The notes below the pieces were generated by a model. The model was not told the origin of the DNA and made no database searches. It saw nothing but the letters and a program-made list of their open reading frames with translations. A program made the translations under genes and the position numbers. DNA of 60,646 nucleotides from Polyangiaceae bacterium (GTDB taxonomy: Bacteria; Desulfobacterota; Binatia; UTPRO1), in contig JANNPN010000460.1 of assembly GCA_031400185.1 (NCBI GenBank), forward strand, positions 1-60,646. The letters are read 5' to 3'. Positions 52,094-60,646 of the stretch are shown piece by piece; position 1 is the stretch's first letter; every line of letters starts with the position of its first letter.

Positions 52094-52861
52094 CTACCCG
52101 CGGAGCGTCGCGAGGACCTCGTCGCGCAACCCCGCCGTCGTCGCGAGCGCCGATCCGGCGTAGATCGTCGCCTGGCCGTCCCACGCGCAGAAGACACCGC
52201 CGGCTTCCTCGATGATCGGCTTCACGGCGGCCGCGTCCCACGAGTTCATGAAGGGATCGAGCATCACCTCGGCGCGGCCCGTCGCGACCAGGGCATAGCC
52301 GTAGCAGTCGCCCCAGCCGCGGTGACGCGCGGTGCGCGTCAGGAGACGCTCGAAGCCGGCGTGCTTCTCGCCGAAGTGACGCGGGCTCGCGTCGCTCGTG
52401 AGCACGGTCGCGTCGGCGAGCGACGTCGCCGCGACTCGCGCGGGCGTCCCGTTCACGAAGGCACCCTGCCCGCGTACGGCCCAAAGCGTCTCGGCGAGCG
52501 CCGGCAGCACGACGATGCCGAGGACGCAATCGCCGCGGTCTTCCAGCGCGACGAGCACTCCCCACAGCGGCACCCCCCGGATGAACGACTGCGTGCCGTC
52601 GATCGGATCGATGATCCAGCGCCGGCCGCTCGTTCCGGTGGTCTCGCCGAGCTCCTCGCCGAGGATCCCGTCGGCGGGAAACGCCGCCGCGAGCGTCTTC
52701 CGGAGCTGCTCCTCGGCGCCGCGGTCGGCGATCGTGACCGGGCTCCCATCGGCCTTCGCCTCGACCACGAGCCGCGTCTTGAAGTGCCCGAGCGCGAACC
52801 GCCCTGCCGCGTCGGCGGCGCGCCGGGCGACCGCGAGCTCGTCGGCGTACGGGTCGGACAT
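52094..52861 (-). CDS. hisN: Histidinol-phosphatase, inositol-monophosphatase family
   Basis: KADGSPVTIADRGAE, LGEE, WIIDPIDGTQSF.RGVP.W, WGDCYGY and WDAAA...IIEEAGG. Confidence 0.82.
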   Translation of the reverse strand: MSDPYADELAVARRAADAAGRFALGHFKTRLVVEAKADGSPVTIADRGAEEQLRKTLAAAFPADGILGEELGETTGTSGRRWIIDPIDGTQSFIRGVPLWGVLVALEDRGDCVLGIVVLPALAETLWAVRGQGAFVNGTPARVAATSLADATVLTSDASPRHFGEKHAGFERLLTRTARHRGWGDCYGYALVATGRAEVMLDPFMNSWDAAAVKPIIEEAGGVFCAWDGQATIYAGSALATTAGLRDEVLATLRG

Positions 52862-52883
52862 GGTCGGCTCGCATAGCACGCAG

Positions 52884-52912
52884 TTGCATACGGCGGCGAG
52901 GCCGCTCAGAGT
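52884..52912 (+). promoter_or_regulatory. Sigma70-type promoter of the PaaI-ndh unit
   Basis: TTGCAT, 17-nt spacer, CAGAGT, 8 nt upstream of ATG 52921. Confidence 0.45.
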
Positions 52913-52920
52913 GCGGACCC

Positions 52921-53400
52921 ATGATCGGAACCGGCGGCCACGGACTCGACTTCCCGGAGCTGCCCGAGGCGACGCGCGCCACCATCATCGAGCGCTTCAA
53001 CGGCAACAACCGACGCTACTTCGCCGGCACCATGGGATTCGATGTCGTCGATCTCCGCGCGGGCTACGCGCGGCTCGTCACCCAGAACACGATCCAGCAC
53101 CAGCAGCCGGCGGGGGTCATGCACGGTGGAGCGAGCTTCGGCCTCGCCGACACTGCCGTCGCAGCGGCGCTCTTCACCGTCTACGGCTCCGAGCAGCTGA
53201 TGCTGACGATCGAGATGAAGATCAACTACCTCGAGCCGATCCCACCGGGCGAAGTCGCCGCCGAAGCCTACGTGTTGCGCTCGAGTCGGCGAAGCGCCTA
53301 CGCGGAGGTCGACATCTGGTCGCAGGGGAAGCTCGCGGCCCGCGCCAGCACCACCTACATGATCAAGCCTTCCTCCCCCACGACGGGGACGAAGGGTTGA
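52921..53400 (+). CDS. PaaI family hotdog-fold thioesterase
   Basis: QQPAGVMHGGASFGLADTA; TIEMKINYLEP. Confidence 0.9.
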   Translation: MIGTGGHGLDFPELPEATRATIIERFNGNNRRYFAGTMGFDVVDLRAGYARLVTQNTIQHQQPAGVMHGGASFGLADTAVAAALFTVYGSEQLMLTIEMKINYLEPIPPGEVAAEAYVLRSSRRSAYAEVDIWSQGKLAARASTTYMIKPSSPTTGTKG

Positions 53401-54692
53401 GAGACGACCGCCCGCACGTCGTGATCGTCGGTGGCGGGTTCGGCGGCCTCGCGGCGGCGCGCGCGCTCCGGCGCGCCCCCGTCCAGGTGACGCTCGTCGA
53501 CCGCCGGAACCACCACCTCTTTCAGCCCCTCCTCTACCAGGTCGCGACCGCCGGGCTCTCCCCGGCCGACATCGCGTATCCGATCCGGGCGATATTGAGC
53601 CGGCAAGCGAACGCGCACGTGCTGCTCGCCGAGGCGGTCTCGGTCGACGTCGCGCAGCAGGAGCTCGTCTTGAAAGACGGGCGCCTCGGCTACGACTACC
53701 TGATCCTCGCGACCGGTGCGCGGCATGCGTACTTCGGCCACGAGGAGTGGGAGCCGCTCGCCCCGGGCCTGAAGAGTCTTGAGGACGCGCTCGAGATCCG
53801 CCGCCGCATCCTGCTCGCCTTCGAGAAAGCCGAGCGCGAGGTCGATCCCGACGCGCGGCGCGCGCTCCTCACGATCGTCGTGGTCGGCGGCGGGCCGACC
53901 GGCGTCGAGCTCGCCGGTGCCATCGCCGAGATCGCCCGTCAGGTGATGAAGGACGACTTCCGGGCGATCGACCCGACCGAGACCCGCGTCGTCTTGGTCG
54001 AGGCCGGCCCGCGCGTGCTGGCGTCGTTCCCCGAGTCGCTCTCCGCGCGCGCCCAGGAAGCGCTCGAGCAGCGCGGAGTCGAGGTCCAGACGGGCGTGCG
54101 CGTCACGGCCATTGCGCCCGGCGTAGTGACGCTCGGCACAGAACAGCTGGCGAGTGCGACGGTGCTCTGGGCTGCGGGCGTCGCGGCCTCACCGCTGGTC
54201 GCGTCGCTCGGCGTGCCGCGCGACCCGGTGGGACGTGTGAAGGTCGAGCCCGACTGCACGATCCCCGGCCACTCCGAGATCTTCGTGATCGGCGACGCCG
54301 CGACGGCCGTGCAGGAGAACGGCATCCCGCTGCCCGGCGTCGCGCCCGTCGCGATGCAGCAAGGACGCTACGTCGCACAGACGATCACCGAGAGCATCGC
54401 CGGCGGACCCCGTGAGCCCTTCGTCTACCGCGACAAGGGCAACCTCGCGACGATCGGCCGCGCCGCCGCGGTCGCGCACATCGGCCGCCTGAAGCTCTTC
54501 GGCTTGATCGCGTGGTTCCTCTGGCTCGTCGTGCACATCATGTACCTGGTCGGTTTTCGGAACCGCGTCGTCGTGCTGATCAACTGGGCGTGGGCCTACG
54601 TCACGATGTCGCGCGGCGCGCGGCTGATCACCGGCGACATCGAGCCCGACCCGGAGCCCGCGCCCACCGTGGTGGCGCCGCAGGCGCGATGA
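53397..54692 (+). CDS. ndh: Type II NADH:quinone oxidoreductase
   Basis: TTG start overlaps the PaaI stop. HVVIVGGGFGG, NHHLFQPLLYQVAT, VVGGGPTGVELAG, WAAGV, IGD, APVAMQQG and DKGNLATIGR. Confidence 0.92.
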   Translation: MRDDRPHVVIVGGGFGGLAAARALRRAPVQVTLVDRRNHHLFQPLLYQVATAGLSPADIAYPIRAILSRQANAHVLLAEAVSVDVAQQELVLKDGRLGYDYLILATGARHAYFGHEEWEPLAPGLKSLEDALEIRRRILLAFEKAEREVDPDARRALLTIVVVGGGPTGVELAGAIAEIARQVMKDDFRAIDPTETRVVLVEAGPRVLASFPESLSARAQEALEQRGVEVQTGVRVTAIAPGVVTLGTEQLASATVLWAAGVAASPLVASLGVPRDPVGRVKVEPDCTIPGHSEIFVIGDAATAVQENGIPLPGVAPVAMQQGRYVAQTITESIAGGPREPFVYRDKGNLATIGRAAAVAHIGRLKLFGLIAWFLWLVVHIMYLVGFRNRVVVLINWAWAYVTMSRGARLITGDIEPDPEPAPTVVAPQAR

Positions 54693-54699
54693 CACCCGC

Positions 54700-56291
54700 T
54701 CAGGAGGCGCCCTCCATGAGGAGCACCGGCTGCACCTGGCGGATCATCTCCTCGCGCCATCCGACCAGAACCCCGCGGGCGAGATCGTCGATCGGGTTGT
54801 AGTCGTCGCTCACGACCACGGCGTGCTCGTCGCCCGGGCCGGCCGGGATCTCGTTCAGGGCGAGCGCGGCGAGCGCCTCGTCCGTGCCAAGCGTGGCCGG
54901 GTCCGGCAAAGGCTCGTCGGACGCGACGATGAAGAGATTCGTCACCCGCACCGGCGCCGCGGGGTCGGCCGTGCCCGCGAACGCGCGCACGTGGAGGAAC
55001 GACTCCTGCAGCGTTTTCCGGACGGAGCGCCAGGCCGCCGACGACGGCCCCCACGGCAAGCCGGCCATGTTGATCGCGACGAGGCCGCTGGGCGCGAGGA
55101 TCTCGTCGACCTGCGCGAAGAACTCGCGGGTGAACAGATGGGCCGGATGCGTCTCGGAGCGGAACGCGTCGAGCACCACCAGATCGTACCGAGCGGTCGT
55201 GCGCTCGACGAAGGTGCGCCCGTCCTCGACGTGGACCGGGATCTCGGCGGGGAATCCGAAGTACCGGCGCGCGATCTCCACGATGTCGGGGTCGATCTCG
55301 ACCACCTCGGTGGCGATGTGATGCTTGACGAAGAGCGTTCGCGGCACGCTGCCCCCACCGAGCCCGATGCAGAGCGCCCGCGCCGCCCGCGGACGCGCCG
55401 CCGGCAGATAGCGGAATGCCGCGATGTACGGCGCACGTGATTCGAAGGTCGTCTTGTCGACGAATCCGTTGTCGATGCCGTCGATCAGCAGGACGCGAGC
55501 ATCCTGCACCTCGAGCACCTTCAGGTCGCCGTAGAACGAGTTGCCGGCGTAGAGGACCTCGTCCGCGAGCGGCGCGCCACCGGTCCCCGCCAGCGCGGCG
55601 ACGAACGCGCCGACCGCCGCTGCCGCGCTTCCGAGCACGGAACGTGCGAGCAGCAGCCCGACCGCCCCGAGCAGCAGCAAGACGACAGCGCACGCCACGA
55701 GCAGCGTCGGCACGGAGAAGCTCGGGATCAACACGAACCCGGTGAGGATCGCGCCGATCGTACTGCCGAGTGTCGATACGCCGTAGACTTTGCCGACACC
55801 GCGGCCCAGCACGGCGAAATCGCTGGTGACCAAGCGGATCGCCGACGGCCCGGTCATGCTGAGCATCACGAGGGGCGGACCGAACAGCAGCACGGCGCTC
55901 GCCAACGATCCGCCTTCAAGCCGAGCGGCGTCGTCGACGAGAGCACGACCTGGCGCATCGCGGGAATGAGCAGCAGGTAGAGCGCGCCGCCGATGATCTC
56001 GAGCGCGAAGGTCGAGAGCGGCGGCCAGCGGTCGGCGGCGGCGCCCCCGATGAAGTAGCCGACGGTGAGGGCGCCGAGCGTCACCCCGATGAGGGACGAC
56101 CACACGTAGATGCTCGCGCCGTAGTACGGGCTCATGATGCGGGTCCCGAGGATCTCGACGACCAGCGTGATCGCGCCGACGAGAAATGCGGCCCCGAGCA
56201 CGTAGATCTCGACCCCGGATGCGATCGCGTGCGACGACGCAATGTGCGCTGCGGGGGTCGATCCCTTCTTCGTCCGCGGCGCCTGCGTCAC
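54700..56291 (-). pseudogene. Fused membrane domain/spermidine-synthase-like methyltransferase, split by a 1-bp frameshift near 55912
   Basis: The N-half (LVVEILGTRIMSPYYGASIYVWSSLIG) ends TPLGLK. The C-half begins GSLASAVLLFGPP...VGKVYGVSTLGS..G and continues IGLGGGS, VEIDP, EDGR, DLVVLDAF. The span is 1592 nt (3n+2). Confidence 0.8.
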
Positions 56292-56294
56292 GCG

Positions 56295-57554
56295 CTATGA
56301 CCAGCGCCGGAACACGAGGCACGCGTTCGCGCCGCCGAACCCGAACGAGTTCGAGAGCGCGACCTTCGCGTCGGTCGCGCGGGCGATGTTGGGGACGTAG
56401 TCCAGGTCGCAGGCGGGGTCCGGCTCCTCGTAGTTGATCGTGGGCGGGAGACGGCCGCGTTCCAGTGCGAGGACCGTATAGACCGCCTCGATGCCACCGG
56501 CGGCACCGAGCGTGTGGCCGATCATCGACTTCGTGGAGCTGACGGCGAGCGTCCCGACGTGGGCCCCGAAGACCTTCTGGATCGCCTCGCTCTCGCTGGC
56601 ATCGTTGTACTCGGTCGAGGTGCCGTGCGCGTTGATGTAGTCGACCTCGGCGGGTGCGAGGCCGGCGTCGTCGAGCGCGAGCTGCATGCAGCGCGCCGCG
56701 CCTTCCCCGCCGGGCGCCGGCGCGGTGATGTGGAACGCGTCGGCGTTGGCGCCGTATCCGACCAGCTCGCCGAGGATGCGGGCCCCGCGCGCGACTGCGT
56801 GGTCGAGCGCCTCGAGGACGACGATGCCGGCACCTTCCGACATCACGAAGCCGTCGCGCTGGCGGTCGAACGGGCGACTCGCACGCTCCGGCTCGTCGTT
56901 CCGCGTCGAGAGCGCGCGCATCGCAATGAAGCCCCCGATACCGAGCCCGCAGAGCGCCGCCTCGGAGCCGCCGGCGATCACCGCATCCTGGGAGCCGTCG
57001 CGGATGTAGCGGAACGCCTCCCCGATGGCGTTCGCGCCCGAGGCGCAGGCGCTCGTCGGCGTGAAGTTGACGCCGCGCGTGCCGAAGCGGATGGAGATCT
57101 GCCCGGGGGCCAGGTTCGCGATGACCTTTGCGACGAAGAACGGCGACACTTTGCGGAGCCGGCTCTCGAGGTACAGCGTATGGAACTGCTCGATGCTCGC
57201 GATCCCGCCCATGCCGACGCCGACGATCGTCCCGACGCGATCGGCGTTCGCGGGCTGAATCTTCAACCCCGATTGATCCATCGCCATCTGCGCCGAAGCG
57301 ACGGCGAACTGGATGAACGGGTCCATCTTCTTGATCTCGCGCCGCTCGATCCAGTCCTCAGGCACGAAGTCGCGAACCTCGCCGGCGATCCGCGTCGGAA
57401 AATCGCTGCACTCGAACCGGCTGATCGGCGCGATGCCCGATCGGCCCGCCATGAGCGCCGTCCAGTTCTTTTCGACGCCGGTGCCGAGCGGCGTGACGAG
57501 CCCGGTGCCCGTCACCACGACGCGTCGCGCGGCGCTCTGTGCGCGATCTCCCAC
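56295..57554 (-). CDS. fabF: 3-oxoacyl-ACP synthase II
   Basis: RRVVVTGTGLVTPLG, TSACASG (Cys), INAHGTST, KSMIGHTLGAAG and SNSFGFGG. GTG 57554 is preferred as start because ATG 57566 lies inside the -10 box. Confidence 0.95.
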   Translation of the reverse strand: MGDRAQSAARRVVVTGTGLVTPLGTGVEKNWTALMAGRSGIAPISRFECSDFPTRIAGEVRDFVPEDWIERREIKKMDPFIQFAVASAQMAMDQSGLKIQPANADRVGTIVGVGMGGIASIEQFHTLYLESRLRKVSPFFVAKVIANLAPGQISIRFGTRGVNFTPTSACASGANAIGEAFRYIRDGSQDAVIAGGSEAALCGLGIGGFIAMRALSTRNDEPERASRPFDRQRDGFVMSEGAGIVVLEALDHAVARGARILGELVGYGANADAFHITAPAPGGEGAARCMQLALDDAGLAPAEVDYINAHGTSTEYNDASESEAIQKVFGAHVGTLAVSSTKSMIGHTLGAAGGIEAVYTVLALERGRLPPTINYEEPDPACDLDYVPNIARATDAKVALSNSFGFGGANACLVFRRWS

Positions 57555-57564
57555 GAGCCGCGGC

Positions 57565-57593
57565 ATGCTAGGAAGGGCCCTGTAGGGAGTCAA
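57565..57593 (-). promoter_or_regulatory. Sigma70-type promoter of fabF
   Basis: TTGACT (57593-57588), 17-nt spacer, TAGCAT (57570-57565). Confidence 0.6.
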
Positions 57594-57609
57594 GTTGGAG
57601 GAGGTCACG

Positions 57610-58206
57610 ATGAGTGACGCGACGTCGGTCACGATTGCGCAATGTCGATCGGCAACGATCGCCGGATGTGGATTGGTGCTCGCCCAGGGTGACCTCACCC
57701 AGGTTGCGGCCGACGCGATCGTGAACGCCGCGAACCACAGCCTGCTCGGCGGCGGCGGCGTCGACGGCGCGATCCACCGCCGCGGCGGCCCCGACATCCT
57801 GGCCGCATGCAAGGAGATCCGGGCTACGGAGTACCCCGAGGGTCTCCCGACCGGCGAAGCGGTGATCACGACCGCGGGACGCCTGCCCGCGCGCCACGTG
57901 ATCCACACCGTCGGTCCGGTGTACAGCGGGATGCCCGAGGTGCCCGCGCTCCTCGCCGCATGCCACACGAACGCGCTCGCCCTCGCCCTCCGGGCGGGCC
58001 TCCGGACGATCGCGTTCCCGGCGATCTCGACGGGCGTGTACGGCTACCCGGTCGAGCTGGCGGCGCCGATCGCGCTCGGCGCGACCGTCGCCCACCTCGA
58101 GTCGCACCCGGGCGCGCACGACGAGGTGCGCTTCGTGCTCTTCGACGGCGCGGCGCTCGCGACCTTCGCGGCGGCGCTCGCGACGCTTGGGACCGTCAGA
58201 ACGTGA
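57610..58206 (+). CDS. Macro domain protein (YmdB-like O-acetyl-ADP-ribose deacetylase / ADP-ribosylhydrolase)
   Basis: QGDLT...DAIVNAAN.SLLGGGGVDGAIH; VIHTVGP; IAFPAISTGVYGYP. GGAGGAGG SD. Confidence 0.93.
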   Translation: MSDATSVTIAQCRSATIAGCGLVLAQGDLTQVAADAIVNAANHSLLGGGGVDGAIHRRGGPDILAACKEIRATEYPEGLPTGEAVITTAGRLPARHVIHTVGPVYSGMPEVPALLAACHTNALALALRAGLRTIAFPAISTGVYGYPVELAAPIALGATVAHLESHPGAHDEVRFVLFDGAALATFAAALATLGTVRT

Positions 58207-58765
58207 CCGTCACCCCGCTGCAAACGATGTTGGTGTTGAGGCCCGGGTTCACCTCGTCCTGGCCCGCGTTCGAGATGTGCCGGAAGCGGTAGCCGACCGT
58301 GAGCCCGACGCGCTCCGCGACCGGGATCTCGACGCCGACCGCGCCGTTCACGGAGAACAGCAGGCGCGAGCTCAACGAGAAGTTCTTCAGGTCGTTGTAG
58401 AGCATGCCCACGCCGACCTCGGCGTAGGGCTGCACCCACGGACGCACCCAGCGGTACCGCAGGTACGGGCCGCCGCCGAGCTCCATCGCGCTGTTGGTCT
58501 CATAGAAATGCGTGAAGATCCCCTCGATCCCGAAGCTCACGGCGCCGGGATGGTCTCCCTCCCCGACCCAGATCATGCGGCCGGCCCGCGGCATGAAGGT
58601 CACCGCCTGCGAGTTGTTGGTGACGCCGAAGAGGTAGCCCGCCTGGAGCCCGAAATCCCAGTCGAGGAAGACCGGCGGCTCGGCGGCGCGGGGGACCGTG
58701 GCGCTCGCGAGCACGAGCACGGCGGCGGCAAGTGCAGCGAGGCGAGCCCGGATGCGCGTCGGCAT
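58196..58765 (-). CDS. PagL-like outer-membrane acyloxyacyl hydrolase (lipid A 3-O-deacylase family)
   Basis: Signal peptide, alternating beta-strand pattern, YRFRHISNAG...NPGLN (His-x-Ser catalytic motif) and a C-terminal Phe. Confidence 0.82.
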   Translation of the reverse strand: MPTRIRARLAALAAAVLVLASATVPRAAEPPVFLDWDFGLQAGYLFGVTNNSQAVTFMPRAGRMIWVGEGDHPGAVSFGIEGIFTHFYETNSAMELGGGPYLRYRWVRPWVQPYAEVGVGMLYNDLKNFSLSSRLLFSVNGAVGVEIPVAERVGLTVGYRFRHISNAGQDEVNPGLNTNIVCSGVTVTF

Positions 58766-58963
58766 GGCGACGCTAGTTGCCGCGTCGCACGCCGGCGCGC
58801 AAGGGCGCGCGACGACGGCGGGGCAGCGGGCGACGCTCGCGACGTCGCGTGCGAGCCCATCGTGGCCGCAGCACCCCCGCTCAGCGGCGTGCGGAACACC
58901 GATCCACGGGATTGACTAGCTCTGCCACATTTCCTTTGTAGAGCCTCCAAGGAGGGTACCACC

Positions 58964-60646
58964 ATGCGGCGATCCCTTTCGACGGTCTCGGTAGGCGGTG
59001 CTCTCGTACTGTTGCTCGTCGGCGCCACTCTGGCGCAGGCGGAGACGACGCGGTGCCGAGCGACGATTCTCCGGAACGCAAGCAAGTTCGTCCAGGACAA
59101 GTCCACCGCGCTCCTCAACTGCGAGCGTGACATCGTCGTCGGGAAGCTGCCGCCCTCGACCGATTGCCACGCCGAGCCGAAAGCGGCCGCGAAGATCGCC
59201 AAATCCGAGGCCCGCATGCGGTCGAAGATCGCAGGCGCGTGCGGCGGCACGGACAAGGTGTGCGGCACGGCCGACGGCGACGACGCGCCGGCGTCGCTCG
59301 GCTGGGGCGGGACCTGTCCGAACTTCGAGAACGGCGGCTGCACGAACACGATCAACGACTGCGACGACATCACCGATTGCCTGCTCTGCATCAACGAAGC
59401 GGCGGTCGATCAGGCGATGTCGCTCTACTACGACGCCTTCAACCCGTCGGCCCCCGGGAGCGACCTGAACCGCTGCCAGCGCGAGATCGGACGGAGCACG
59501 ACCGCGTTCATGCGCAGCAAGTCGAAAGCGCTCGCGGCGTGCTGGGCGAGCGTCAACCTCGGCAACGCCACCGACCCGTGTCCCGTCCCGGGTGACGGCA
59601 AGGCCGCGAACGCCATCGCGCGCGCCGAAGCCCGGAAGCAGGCGAACATCTGCCACGCCTGCGGCGGCAACGACCAGACCTGCGACGGCAACAACGATTT
59701 CACGCCGGCGACCATCGGGTTCGTCGGCAGCTGTCCCGCGGTGACGGTGCCCGGCCACGGCTCGTGCGCGGGCCCCGTGACCACGCTGCAGCAGCTCGTC
59801 GACTGCGTCGATTGCGTGACCGAGTTCAAGGTGGACTGCACCGACCGCGCGGCGGTGCCGTGGAACTCCGGCGGCTACCCCGGCGAGTGCAACGGCGGCA
59901 CGCCCCCGACCTTCACTCCCGGCGGACCGACCCCGACGCGGACACCCTCGCCGACGGCCACCGTGACGAGCGGCGCCACCGCGACCCGCACCACGACCCC
60001 CACGCCGACCGTTACCCAGACCGGCGGCGTCACTCCGACCCGAACCGCGACCCCCTCGCCCACGGCCACGCGGACGCCGACACCGACCGTCACCGCGACC
60101 GGCGGCCCGGTCGCGACCACCACGGCGACGGCGACCGCGACCCGGACCCCGACGCCGACGCCGACGGCGACGGCTGCCGCCTGCGGCAACGGCGTGCTGA
60201 ACGCCGGCGAGGATTGCGATCCGAACGGCGGCGCCGCGACGTCGTGTCAGACTGCGTCGAACACGAGCGCCGCGTTCACGTGCAATCCGACGACGTGTCA
60301 GTGCGCGTGTCCGAGCCGCGTGACGTTCGCCGGGAATCCGACCGATCCGGCGAGCGTCCTCGACACCGGCTGGACCGGCATCTCGCACCGCGCCCCGATC
60401 ATCTCGAACGGCGAGGTGACGGTGTCGCTTACGGGTTGCACCGGCTCGAGCCGTCCGTGCGGCACGTGCAACGTGGTCGGCCCGATCCTGAATCCGCAAG
60501 CGGGCACCGGCCAGATCGACAACCGCCGCTGCACGAACGACACCTCGCGCCGGTGCAGCGTCGACGCGACCTGTACCCCGCGCAACTGTCTCGGCGGTTC
60601 CAACCACAACGCGGTCTGCACGACCGACTCGCAATGCCCGAGCGGG
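58964..60646 (+). CDS. Secreted Cys-rich protein with two helical Cys modules, Thr/Pro linker and myxobacterial-type Cys repeat; runs off the window end
   Basis: Not in the ORF track. GGAGGG SD and ATG 58964 give [42 protein letters not shown]...[23 protein letters not shown]...(TP)n...[13 protein letters not shown].... The frame is open to 60646. Confidence 0.88.
   Translation, partial: MRRSLSTVSVGGALVLLLVGATLAQAETTRCRATILRNASKFVQDKSTALLNCERDIVVGKLPPSTDCHAEPKAAAKIAKSEARMRSKIAGACGGTDKVCGTADGDDAPASLGWGGTCPNFENGGCTNTINDCDDITDCLLCINEAAVDQAMSLYYDAFNPSAPGSDLNRCQREIGRSTTAFMRSKSKALAACWASVNLGNATDPCPVPGDGKAANAIARAEARKQANICHACGGNDQTCDGNNDFTPATIGFVGSCPAVTVPGHGSCAGPVTTLQQLVDCVDCVTEFKVDCTDRAAVPWNSGGYPGECNGGTPPTFTPGGPTPTRTPSPTATVTSGATATRTTTPTPTVTQTGGVTPTRTATPSPTATRTPTPTVTATGGPVATTTATATATRTPTPTPTATAAACGNGVLNAGEDCDPNGGAATSCQTASNTSAAFTCNPTTCQCACPSRVTFAGNPTDPASVLDTGWTGISHRAPIISNGEVTVSLTGCTGSSRPCGTCNVVGPILNPQAGTGQIDNRRCTNDTSRRCSVDATCTPRNCLGGSNHNAVCTTDSQCPSG

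Noticed and set aside
57610-58206. Macro domain as a DarG antitoxin or defence system
   Set aside because: There is no DarT, sirtuin or ADP-ribosyltransferase neighbour, and the sequence is a plain YmdB-like single domain.

Overview
High-GC bacterial chromosomal window. Synteny (yebC-ruvCAB-DUF2905-ntrY; rplU-rpmA-obgE-proB-proA-nadD-rsfS) and the Thr/Pro-stalked, Cys-rich secreted proteins suggest a deltaproteobacteria-like lineage, possibly Candidatus Binatia; this is inference only. About 50 genes are supported, mostly housekeeping, with no rRNA, tRNA, CRISPR array or transposase recognised. Two unusual protein fusions stand out. (1) An NtrY-like sensor kinase is followed by a receiver domain fused in frame to an intact LpxC (25019-26308), suggesting direct phospho-control of the committed step of lipid A synthesis. 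The window also has a LapA-LapB fusion and a PagL-like gene. (2) In a PyrR-attenuated pyrR-pyrB-pyrC-carA-carB operon, aspartate transcarbamoylase is fused to the PyrI zinc domain, a Cys-less Ada-like module and a second, degenerate PyrR domain (18033-19979). Its codon 24 is an in-frame TAG followed by GC hairpins. Other points: a DTW protein with a dead DnaQ-like domain, a plsX-App1-like phosphatase-cutA operon, a small-protein/M48 protease island, a palindromic intergenic element, and several apparently near-leaderless promoters. Three lesions (pyrB amber, carB motif patch, spermidine-synthase-like frameshift) may be assembly errors. All domain calls are from motif recognition by eye; no database search was run.
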